A DNA stretch of 32,000 bases, taken from NCBI RefSeq assembly GCF_001017655.1, contig NZ_CP010904.1, forward strand, positions 1,320,001 to 1,352,000, in the 5' to 3' direction. Position numbers and translations under genes: made by a program. The notes under the pieces are model-generated. The model saw only the letters and a list, made by a program, of their open reading frames with translations. It had not been told where the DNA came from and searched no databases. This DNA comes from Kiritimatiella glycovorans (GTDB taxonomy: Bacteria; Verrucomicrobiota; Kiritimatiellia; Kiritimatiellales; Kiritimatiellaceae). This document shows, one piece after another, positions 8,588-16,327 of the stretch (position 1 is the first letter of the stretch; each line of letters starts with the position of its first letter).

Positions 8588-8666
8588 GCCGGTCGGCCCT
8601 CTTCACGCGTTCGCGGCGCTACGACCCACTTAATAACGCGCCTTGGCCTTCGGCCCTGCGGCGCTA

Positions 8667-9488
8667 CTACGAACTCGGTTCTTTCAACGGCGTGATCACC
8701 CCCGGCTCGTATTCCGCAAAACCGAACCAGTCCCGATCCTCTTCAAGAAGGCGGATCGCATCCTCGCGGGGCAGCAACATCAACGCCGTCGACAACCCGT
8801 CGGCGGTGGCCGCCCCCGGCGCGCCCGCCCAGGCCCGGCGGCACATGATCTCAGCTTCGGGTTGAATATGCTCCCCCTGAACGTTCACGCCTGAAGCGCT
8901 GAACGCACGGTCACGCAGGAGGACGGGGCCGGGAAAGACCGCTCCCTCCACCAGCGGGCGCCAGCCCGCTTCTCCGGGCGGGGCGCCGATTCCGAGAATC
9001 GTGCTCGTACCGCCGCAGAGGAGGGCGTTTTCGAGGTCCCAGTCCTCTCGCAGCACCGCGGCCGCGCGATCCAGCGCCGCGCCCTTTCCGATCCCGCCCG
9101 CGTCGAGAACCGGCCCGTCGGCGAGCACCCGCACGCACAGTCCGCCTTCCTCCAATGCGATCAGATCGGTCAGAGGAATACGGGGACGTTGCCGACATCC
9201 GATATCGAACGCTCCGCCGCTCGCCTCGTAGAGTTTGAGCGACACGCGCAGCACCTCGAACGTGATCGGATCGACCCGGAGAACCTCCCCCGTCCCCGCC
9301 GCGGCGATCCGCCCGAGATCACTCGACTCCAGGAAACGGCTCAGCCGCTCTTCGGCCCAGGCGACCTCCTCCATCGCCGCAGTCAGGGCGTGGCGCGCAT
9401 AGGCCGGGCGATCGTGATACGCGTGGAATGCGAACACGGTGTTCATCGCCTCGCGGCGGATCTCGACGGGCTGGAGTTCAGTGGACAT
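8667..9488 (-). CDS. apbE: ApbE-family FAD:protein FMN transferase (no signal peptide)
   Basis: ApbE motifs in order: AMNTVFAF (MGT-box variant), SRFLESSDLGRI, GGAFDI, LDAGGIGKGAALD, CGGTS, SASG...GEHIQP, ATADGLSTAL. The start overlaps the upstream gene's 3' end by 11 nt. Confidence 0.8.
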   Translation of the reverse strand: MSTELQPVEIRREAMNTVFAFHAYHDRPAYARHALTAAMEEVAWAEERLSRFLESSDLGRIAAAGTGEVLRVDPITFEVLRVSLKLYEASGGAFDIGCRQRPRIPLTDLIALEEGGLCVRVLADGPVLDAGGIGKGAALDRAAAVLREDWDLENALLCGGTSTILGIGAPPGEAGWRPLVEGAVFPGPVLLRDRAFSASGVNVQGEHIQPEAEIMCRRAWAGAPGAATADGLSTALMLLPREDAIRLLEEDRDWFGFAEYEPGVITPLKEPSS

Positions 9489-11118
9489 GCGAAAGGGAAG
9501 AGAAGCTGGAAACCGAGTCAGAGGGAGGAGGAGAATCAGAATCAGAGTCAGAATCAGAGTGAGAGTCAGAGTGAGAAGCAGGGTCGGAGTGGGAGCCGGG
9601 GGGAGTGATGATTTTCTGCCAGAGATCGTTACGGTAGAGAAACTGCAGGATCACGCCGGCGCGGAGGCCGACGAGTTCGGCGGTATGCGTGTCGTCGAAT
9701 TGCGGGCCGAGCGTCTCCGCGGTGTCCATATCGAGTATGACTACGGGGGCGGCGGGATCGGCGGGCGGCTGTTTCCAGTAGCCCGTGCGTTCAAACCCGC
9801 GCAGGTACCAGGGGATCGGCCAGTATTCGCCGGAGATCACTTTGACGGTCATGGCGCGTCCTTCGGGATGGTGCCTTGCTGCGGTCTGCACGTGTTCGAT
9901 GCCGCGCAGCAGGTCGGCGCTGGTGTGCGAGTAGACGTAGGGATTGCGCGGCGCCGAGGCATAACGGGTACGGACGAGCGCGGACTGACGGGCGAGATGC
10001 AGGGTTGCCCCGAGGAGGAGCACGGCCGCGAGCGCGGTCCATACCCGGCGTCCGCGCAGATCCCGGAAGAGCGCCACGACCCCCCACCCCGCCACCACGG
10101 CGGCGATATGGATAAAGGAGAGCATCAGCCAGGGAATCTTGTACGGAATGGCGGAGTAGACGATCAGCAGGATCAGGGCGTACAGTCCGAAGAAGCGCAC
10201 CAGCGCACTCCCGCGCATCCCGCCTTCCCGCCGCGGCCGGCATGCGCGGATCGTGCCGAAGACGGCCATTCCCAGGATCAGCCCCTCGCTCCAGAAGACC
10301 CCGCCCCGGCTGTGGCCGCCGAACAGGACGAGGTAATAGTACCAGGGCTTCTCGTGGCCCTCCCCGCCCGCGCGGGGAAGGTAGTGCGTCACGGACCGCA
10401 CGGCCGCAGCCAGACCTTCCGGGTTGGTGAAGAAAGACGTGTAGAAGACGACGGTCACCGCCAGGGCGCTGCCGAGCGCCAGGGCGCCATGCACCGGGTG
10501 ATCGCGCAGAGCGGCAAAGACGCGCCCGCGGTAGAGGATGAGTCCCGCTGCGGCGATGGAGAAATACGAGAGCACCGCCGTTTCCTTGGTCGCGATCATC
10601 CACCCGGCCGCCACCCCGGCCAGCACGGCGGCGGAAACGGTGCGTGTTCGCGCCCAGCGGCCCAGCGCGATCAGGAGCAGAAACGTGCCGAACACCAGCA
10701 GCGTCTCGTGGATGTAGTAGCGGTTGTAATACAGAAACGCCGGCGAGACCGCCGCGAGCAGCGCGCCCGTCCAGGCCGCGGGAAAAGACAGCGGCCGTAT
10801 CAGCGCCGCGGAGAGCAGCAGGCAGAGCAGTCCGAACACGACGGGCACGACGCGCAACGGGATCTCATCGAGCGAGGCCAGCCCCTCCGCGCCGGCGAGC
10901 CGGGCGGCGGGCAGTGTCGCGTACATCAGCGTCGGACCGTGATACTCGTAGGGATCGTAGGTGTAGTCACCCTCCTCGAGCAGATCCCCGAAGATCACCG
11001 CCTGCACTGCCTCGTCCGTGTGCATCGGGCGGTGATCCAGGCCAGCCAGCCGCGCCCAGCCCGCCCCCGCGAGCAGGAGGAGAAACAGGAGCGCGGCGAA
11101 CCCGCAGCGGTTGATCAC
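9478..11118 (-). CDS. polytopic GT-C-fold membrane protein (TIGR03663/Agl23-like, PMT/ArnT-related) with His/Ser/Asp-repeat C-terminal tail
   Basis: 546 aa with many TM segments. N-terminal motif LDHRPMHTDEAVQA...YTYDPYEYHGPTLMY is typical of the TIGR03663/GT39-like family as I remember it. The GTG start overlaps the upstream stop (GTGA). The tail is SHSDPASHSDSHSDSDSDSDSPPPSDS. Confidence 0.7.
   Translation of the reverse strand: MINRCGFAALLFLLLLAGAGWARLAGLDHRPMHTDEAVQAVIFGDLLEEGDYTYDPYEYHGPTLMYATLPAARLAGAEGLASLDEIPLRVVPVVFGLLCLLLSAALIRPLSFPAAWTGALLAAVSPAFLYYNRYYIHETLLVFGTFLLLIALGRWARTRTVSAAVLAGVAAGWMIATKETAVLSYFSIAAAGLILYRGRVFAALRDHPVHGALALGSALAVTVVFYTSFFTNPEGLAAAVRSVTHYLPRAGGEGHEKPWYYYLVLFGGHSRGGVFWSEGLILGMAVFGTIRACRPRREGGMRGSALVRFFGLYALILLIVYSAIPYKIPWLMLSFIHIAAVVAGWGVVALFRDLRGRRVWTALAAVLLLGATLHLARQSALVRTRYASAPRNPYVYSHTSADLLRGIEHVQTAARHHPEGRAMTVKVISGEYWPIPWYLRGFERTGYWKQPPADPAAPVVILDMDTAETLGPQFDDTHTAELVGLRAGVILQFLYRNDLWQKIITPPGSHSDPASHSDSHSDSDSDSDSPPPSDSVSSFSSLSHVH
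9533..9592. repeat. Imperfect hexanucleotide tandem repeat (about 10 units of GArTCA/GAGTGA) encoding the (H)SD repeat tail
   Basis: Read directly: gaatca gaatca gagtca gaatca gagtga gagtca gagtga gaagca gggtcg gagtgg. On the minus strand this translates to HSDSHSDSDSDSDS. Confidence 0.8.
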
Positions 11119-11828
11119 GGAATGCCGTATACCGAGACCTCCACATAGTGGTTCATTTCGTCCGAGGTATTGCCGTTCGAATACAGCCGCACGTAACGGC
11201 CCTCGACGCCCATCGGGTCGATCATGCGCCCCTCGTACGTTTCGATGTAGGCGGGGTCGGTTCCGGCACCCATTCCGGCCGAATTGTCGTGGTCGTTATT
11301 AAAGATCGTCTGCACGCCTTCGATGAAATCCGGGTCGTCCGATACCTGCACGATCACATCGTGGTACGCGCGGGCCTGGCGGTGAAAGTGCCAGAGCAGG
11401 ATCGCGTGCAGTTCCGCCTTCTGCTCGAGATCGATCTGCACCCACTGCACCCCCGGGCCCAGCTCGACGAAATGGCCCGCGTCGCCGCTCTTGTCGTCGT
11501 CGGTCACCATCTCCAGTTCACCGATTACCGGAAACGGATCGCTGGCCGACACGGGCTTGTTTTTCGAAAGCAGTTCCGTACCTTCGGGCACCATGATTTC
11601 TCCGCGCGGTTCGTCGCGGTTTTCGAGGTTGGGAAGTTTGACCGGCACCGGCGTGCCGGCAAAGAGCGGCTTGGGCAGTTCCGGTTTCAGCGGAACCATC
11701 TCCGGAGCGGTGACTTCACCTGCCGGCGTTTCGCCCCCGCTCTGGCCGGTATTTCCGCCCGCCATTGCGTACGCGCCCGCCGCGCCGCACATGACCGCCA
11801 CAAGTACAAATCGTGTCTTCTTTTTCAT
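11115..11828 (-). CDS. secreted (possibly lipoprotein) discoidin / F5-8 type C domain protein
   Basis: Signal peptide MKKKTRFVLVAVMCGAAGAYA, then a Pro-rich linker. Discoidin-like core: ...VTDDDKSGDAGHFVELGPGVQWVQIDLEQKAELHAILLWHF...YHDVIVQVSDDPDF...GRYVRLYSNGNTS...YVEVSVYG. GGGAGGAA RBS. Confidence 0.75.
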   Translation of the reverse strand: MKKKTRFVLVAVMCGAAGAYAMAGGNTGQSGGETPAGEVTAPEMVPLKPELPKPLFAGTPVPVKLPNLENRDEPRGEIMVPEGTELLSKNKPVSASDPFPVIGELEMVTDDDKSGDAGHFVELGPGVQWVQIDLEQKAELHAILLWHFHRQARAYHDVIVQVSDDPDFIEGVQTIFNNDHDNSAGMGAGTDPAYIETYEGRMIDPMGVEGRYVRLYSNGNTSDEMNHYVEVSVYGIP

Positions 11829-11853
11829 AGGATTCCTCCCGGCTCACGCCCGG

Positions 11854-13020
11854 TTAGTCGTTTTCCAGTTTTACCCACACGGCCCCGTCCTGTGACGATT
11901 TCACGACCGCCTCAATGAATCGCATGCCGCGAACCCCTTCGTCGACGGACGGGAAATCCGACCCGTCCGCGGAAGGGTTCCGGCCTTCCGCGTGGGCGCG
12001 GATCGCTTCCGCAAAGTTGACGTAGTGATTGGCGAAGGACTCGATGAACCCTTCCGGATGGCCGAACGGGATTCGCGTACACTTCGCGGCCGCCTCGCAT
12101 TTTTCGCCGACGTAGTCGTTGCCGCGCCGCCATATCTCCTCGGGCGCATTCAACTTGCGCACGTGCAGTGCATTCGGGTTTTCCTGGTGCCATTCCAGGC
12201 TCGCGTTTTCGCCGTGCACCCGAATCGCCAGGTTGTTCTCTTCTCCGATCGAGATCTGGCTGGCGTGGAGCAGCCCCTTCGCCCCGTTATCGAAGCGCAG
12301 CAGCATCTGGCCGTCGTCGTCGAGCGGCCGTCCCTCCACGAACGTCGAAAGATCCGCACACAATTCAGTGATCCCGATCCCGGCCACATATTCGGCGAGG
12401 TTCGCCGCATGGGTGCCGATATCGCCGATACAACCCGCAGCTCCGCTCTGTTTCGGATCCGTCCGCCAGCTCGCCTGCTGCACGCCTTCGCGCTCGATCG
12501 CCCGGGCCAGCCACCCCTGCGGGTACTGAACCACAATCTTGCGGATCTCCCCGAGATCACCCTGCCGAACCATTTCGCGGGCCAGTTTCACCATCGGATA
12601 GCCCGTATACACATGCATCAGGCCGAACACGAGTCCGCTCTCCCGCACCAGGTCGCGCAGTTCCACCGCCTCCGCCGACGTCATCGTCATCGGCTTCTCG
12701 CACATCACGTGAAAACCCGCTTCAAGCGCCGCCTTCGCGATCGGAAAATGCCAGTTGTTCGGCGTCGTCACGGAAACGAAGGATATGCGCTCGTCGGCGG
12801 AGCGCGCCGATTCGGAGGCCAGCATCGCCTTATAATCGTCATACACCCGCTCAGGATCCAGATCCAGCTCTCGCCCCATCGCCTGACTCTTTTCCGGGTC
12901 GATATCGAAAGCCCCGGCCGTAACTTCAATGTGGCCGTCCATGCGTGCCGCCTTCCGGTGCACTTCCCCGATGAATGCTCCGGGGCCGCCGCCGACCATC
13001 CCCATCTTCAAACGCTTCAT
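11854..13020 (-). CDS. Gfo/Idh/MocA-family oxidoreductase (cytoplasmic, no signal peptide)
   Basis: Start chosen at ATG 13020 (MKRLKMGMVGGGPGAFIGEVHR...) with an AAGGAG RBS; the track start at 13062 adds 14 unlikely residues. Family motifs include VSVTTPNNWHFPIAKAALEAGFHVMCEKPMT. Confidence 0.9.
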   Translation of the reverse strand: MKRLKMGMVGGGPGAFIGEVHRKAARMDGHIEVTAGAFDIDPEKSQAMGRELDLDPERVYDDYKAMLASESARSADERISFVSVTTPNNWHFPIAKAALEAGFHVMCEKPMTMTSAEAVELRDLVRESGLVFGLMHVYTGYPMVKLAREMVRQGDLGEIRKIVVQYPQGWLARAIEREGVQQASWRTDPKQSGAAGCIGDIGTHAANLAEYVAGIGITELCADLSTFVEGRPLDDDGQMLLRFDNGAKGLLHASQISIGEENNLAIRVHGENASLEWHQENPNALHVRKLNAPEEIWRRGNDYVGEKCEAAAKCTRIPFGHPEGFIESFANHYVNFAEAIRAHAEGRNPSADGSDFPSVDEGVRGMRFIEAVVKSSQDGAVWVKLEND

Positions 13021-13153
13021 GCCCGCTCTCCTTTTCAATGCCCGGTTCCGGTTTCCGACCACCGGCTGCTCCTATCGTCGCCTGTATACTGGTTTCGCCT
13101 GAGTCCTGCTTGTACAAATCTGCTTTATATTTGGACTTTTTCGTCATGCCTGC

Positions 13154-13891
13154 TCAATGAATCCGACGATACTCCTGCGGGGTGACCCCCTTCATCCGCT
13201 TGAACTGGCGGGTGAGGTGGCTGTGATCGTAGAACCCGGAGTCCTGCGCGATCCGGGAGATCGTATCGGCGGTTTCGAGCAGCGCGCGGCAGGCGTGGTT
13301 GACGCGGACCTGGATCAGGTAGTGGCGCGGCGTCATCTGGAACAGCCTGCGGAACTTCCGTTCGAACTGGCTGACGGACATGCCCGCCATTCTCGCCAGC
13401 ACCGGGACGTCGAGGGGCTCGGCGAAGTGCCGGTTGATGTATTCCACCACGGTGGTAAACACGGAATACGGCTCTAGGTTCGATTTGGATTCGTTGAGGT
13501 CGCGCGCGATGCCCGCGAGGCCGATCACTCCACCCTCGCGGTCGAACAGCGGAACTTTTGAGGTCACGAACAGGTTGTTGCGGCCGTCCATTTCCGGGGC
13601 GGGTTCGATGCGGTTCACGATGCGGTTGCCGGTCCGCATCACATAGGTGTCGTCCTTGATGTACCGCTCCGCCCGGTCCGGCGGAAAGAAGTCGTGGTCC
13701 GTCCGGCCGAGCAGCTCCTCCAGGCGGCTCAGTCCGCATTTTTCGAAAAACAACCGGTTCGCCATCACGAAGCGGCCCTCGCGGTTTTTGGCGAAGAAAA
13801 AAACGTCCGGAAGAAATTCGAACAGGGATCCCACCTGCGGATCGCTCGCCAGCCGCACCATAAAGGCCTGTTGATATTCAAGGGCGTCCAT
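13154..13891 (-). CDS. PAS-domain / AraC-family transcriptional regulator, 245 aa (paralog of 2002..2745)
   Basis: Same architecture as 2002..2745 and roughly 45% identity to it by eye (FFFAKNREGRFVMANR..., GRTDHDFF, SKVPLFDREGGVIGLAGIARD, GMSVSQFERKFRRLF..., GFYDHSHLTRQFKR). A 24-nt stretch at 13214-13237 is 23/24 identical to 2071-2094. Confidence 0.85.
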   Translation of the reverse strand: MDALEYQQAFMVRLASDPQVGSLFEFLPDVFFFAKNREGRFVMANRLFFEKCGLSRLEELLGRTDHDFFPPDRAERYIKDDTYVMRTGNRIVNRIEPAPEMDGRNNLFVTSKVPLFDREGGVIGLAGIARDLNESKSNLEPYSVFTTVVEYINRHFAEPLDVPVLARMAGMSVSQFERKFRRLFQMTPRHYLIQVRVNHACRALLETADTISRIAQDSGFYDHSHLTRQFKRMKGVTPQEYRRIH

Positions 13892-14001
13892 GCCGAAAAA
13901 TTACAAGAAATTGGCGAACGATTACAAGCACAGTATTGATGGAAGAGGCATACTTTTGAAATATTGCTGGCGTTTGGAATCCTTAATCCAGGGAGCGCAT
14001 C
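13892..14001. promoter_or_regulatory. Divergent promoter/operator region between PAS-AraC paralog 2 and the xylose-isomerase-like operon
   Basis: 110-bp AT-richer divergent intergenic region. Direct repeat ATTACAAG at 13900-13907 and 13921-13928, spaced 21 bp (two helical turns), the spacing typical of AraC-family direct-repeat half-sites. Confidence 0.4.
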
Positions 14002-14994
14002 ATGAGCCGACCGGTAACACTGTTCACGGGCCAATGGGCCGACATGGGGATCGATGAACTCGCGCGGAAGGCCGCGAAGTGGGGCTACGACGGGCTTGAG
14101 CTGGCCTGCTGGGGGGATCACTGCGATCCCGACCGCGGGGCGCAGGATGCCGCGTACGCGAGGGGGCGCCACGAGCTTCTGGCGAAGCATGGGCTGAAGT
14201 GTTTTGCGATCAGCAATCATCTCGCCGGTCAGCTTGTATGTGACCCGAACGACGATGCACGCACGGACGCCTTCGCGCCGGAGGACTGCGCGGGCGACGC
14301 GGAAAAGAAGCGCGAATGGGCCATCGAAACGACCAAGAACGCGGCGCGCACCGCAAAGAACATGGGCCTGTCCGTGGTCAACGGTTTCACCGGATCGCCG
14401 GTCTGGCACATGCTGTATTCGTTTCCGCCGCTGCCGCCGTCGGCGATCGACGACGGATTCGGGCGCTTCGCGGAACTCTGGAACCCCATCCTGGACGTCT
14501 TTGACGAGTGCGGCGTTAAGTTCGCGCTGGAAGTGCATCCCACGGAGATCGCCTTCGACCTCTACACCGCGAAGCGCGCCCTCGAGGCCCTGAATCACCG
14601 GGAAGCTTTCGGATTCAATTTCGATCCGAGCCATCTCGAGTGGCAGGGCATGGACCCGGTCAAGTTCATCGAAGCCTTTCCCGATCGGATCTATCACGTG
14701 CACATGAAGGACTGCGCGACGACGCTCGACGGCGTATCCGGCATCCTGGCCTCGCACCTCGATTTCGGCGACCCGCGGCGCGGATGGGATTTCCGCAGCG
14801 TGGGGCGCGGCGATGTCGACTTCGAGGCGATCATCCGGGCGCTGAACGCCATCGGCTACGACGGTCCGCTCTCGGTTGAATGGGAGGATGCCGCCATGGA
14901 TCGTGAACACGGTGCCGAGGAGGCCTGTCAGTATGTAAAGAACATCGACTTCCCGAAATCCGGCCGGGCCTTCGATGCCGCCTTCGGGGACTGA
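14002..14994 (+). CDS. xylose-isomerase-like TIM-barrel protein (sugar phosphate isomerase/epimerase family)
   Basis: 330 aa. Motifs: YDGLELACWGDH, NHLAGQLVCD, GFTGSPVW, ALEVHPTEIAFD, FNFDPSHL, HVHMKD, SVEWED. GGGAG RBS. Confidence 0.85.
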   Translation: MSRPVTLFTGQWADMGIDELARKAAKWGYDGLELACWGDHCDPDRGAQDAAYARGRHELLAKHGLKCFAISNHLAGQLVCDPNDDARTDAFAPEDCAGDAEKKREWAIETTKNAARTAKNMGLSVVNGFTGSPVWHMLYSFPPLPPSAIDDGFGRFAELWNPILDVFDECGVKFALEVHPTEIAFDLYTAKRALEALNHREAFGFNFDPSHLEWQGMDPVKFIEAFPDRIYHVHMKDCATTLDGVSGILASHLDFGDPRRGWDFRSVGRGDVDFEAIIRALNAIGYDGPLSVEWEDAAMDREHGAEEACQYVKNIDFPKSGRAFDAAFGD

Positions 14995-15028
14995 CGATGC
15001 GGGACGCGGGAGGTGAAGGAGGTGAGCG

Positions 15029-16327
15029 ATGAAAACGGGTAGTGTGAACCGCCGCGGGTTTGTTCGCGCCGGGGCGGCCGTGATCGGCGCACCGGCGATC
15101 ATCCCCGCTTACGTCCTGGGTGCTGAGGCCCCGAGTAACGACATCGTGATCGCCGCGATCGGCCAGGGCGGGATGGGCCGCGGAAATACGGCGAACCTGA
15201 TGCGTCGGAGAGACTGCCGCGTCGTGGCGGTCTGCGACGTCGATCCGCGCCGCCGGGCGGCGGGCAAGACGATGGTCGACAACTATTACGGCAACAAGGA
15301 CTGCCTGGCGACGGAAGACTACCTCGAGATCGTGGCCCGCGAGGATATCGATGCGGTCATGATCGCCCTGCCCGATCACTGGCACGCGCGGGCGGCGATT
15401 GATGTGCTTCGCTCGGGCAAGGATGTCTACGGCGAGAAGCCGGTCGCGCGCACCATTCGCGAGGGGCGCGCCATCTGTGACGCCGTCGAGCGGTATGGAC
15501 GAATCTGGCAGACGGGAAGCTGGCAGCGATCCCAGCGCAACTTCCTGATCGGGGCCGAAATGGTACACAACGGTGTTCTGGGTGAAATCCAGCGGGTGGA
15601 GGTCGGTATCCCCGGCGGCGTCCACGACAGTCCGCTCGTGCCGGTCACGCCCCCGCCGGAAGGATTCAACTACGAGCGATGGCTCGGTCCCGCCCCGTGG
15701 CGTCCCCACCGCGCGCTTGGCCGCGAGGGACGAACCATGCACTGGAACTGGCGCTGGATTCGCGATTACGGCGCGGGTTATCTCTCGGACTGGTGTCCGC
15801 ACCACCTCGACATCGCCCACTGGGGCATGGGTTACGACCGGACCGGGCCGGTGAAAATCACCGAGGCCCGGGGGATCTTCCCCGAAAGGGGGCTCTTCAA
15901 CACACCGGGGCAGTTCTACTTCAAGGCCCATTACGCCGATGGTCACATCATTGAAGTCGGCTGCCCGCCGGGCATGAATATGGGCACAAAATGGATCGGC
16001 GAACGGGGATCGATCCGTGTCAACCGCGGGGGACTGCTGGAAATCGATCCGCCTGAACTTCGTCACGAATACGGCCGGGGCAATTGGAAGGCACTGACCC
16101 GTTCCGTCAATCACCACGAGAACTTTGTCCGCTGTATCCGGTCGCGCCGAACGACCGTCGCCCCCGCCGAAGTCGGCCATCGCACGGCGTCGGTGGCCCT
16201 GCTTTGTGAAATCTCACTGCTGCTCGGCCGCGACGTGCACTGGGATCCTGAGCGCGAGAGTATTCTTAACGATCCGACGGCCAACGCCATGCTGGGCCGC
16301 ACGTATCGGGAACCCTGGAGCCTGTGA
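15029..16327 (+). CDS. Gfo/Idh/MocA-family oxidoreductase with Tat signal
   Basis: Tat motif NRRGFVRAGAAVIGAPA. Rossmann IVIAAIGQGGMGR. YGEKPVA motif. AGGAGG RBS. Confidence 0.9.
   Translation: MKTGSVNRRGFVRAGAAVIGAPAIIPAYVLGAEAPSNDIVIAAIGQGGMGRGNTANLMRRRDCRVVAVCDVDPRRRAAGKTMVDNYYGNKDCLATEDYLEIVAREDIDAVMIALPDHWHARAAIDVLRSGKDVYGEKPVARTIREGRAICDAVERYGRIWQTGSWQRSQRNFLIGAEMVHNGVLGEIQRVEVGIPGGVHDSPLVPVTPPPEGFNYERWLGPAPWRPHRALGREGRTMHWNWRWIRDYGAGYLSDWCPHHLDIAHWGMGYDRTGPVKITEARGIFPERGLFNTPGQFYFKAHYADGHIIEVGCPPGMNMGTKWIGERGSIRVNRGGLLEIDPPELRHEYGRGNWKALTRSVNHHENFVRCIRSRRTTVAPAEVGHRTASVALLCEISLLLGRDVHWDPERESILNDPTANAMLGRTYREPWSL

Noticed and set aside
12926-13147. 73-aa ORF starting 7 nt after the AraC-paralog stop, as a possible leader peptide of the Gfo/discoidin/GT-C/ApbE operon
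   Set aside because: It has no convincing Shine-Dalgarno and runs ~95 nt into the Gfo/Idh/MocA gene in another frame. Its distal part has antisense-like composition. The TTGTACAA palindrome (13109-13116) and AAGCAG repeats nearby may be regulatory, but support is too weak to call.
13950-13985. Sigma-54-type promoter (TGGC...TTGC-like letters in ttgctggcgtttggaatcc)
   Set aside because: The spacing and the GG/GC dinucleotide positions do not fit TGGCAC-N5-TTGCW. No enhancer-binding protein is encoded nearby.
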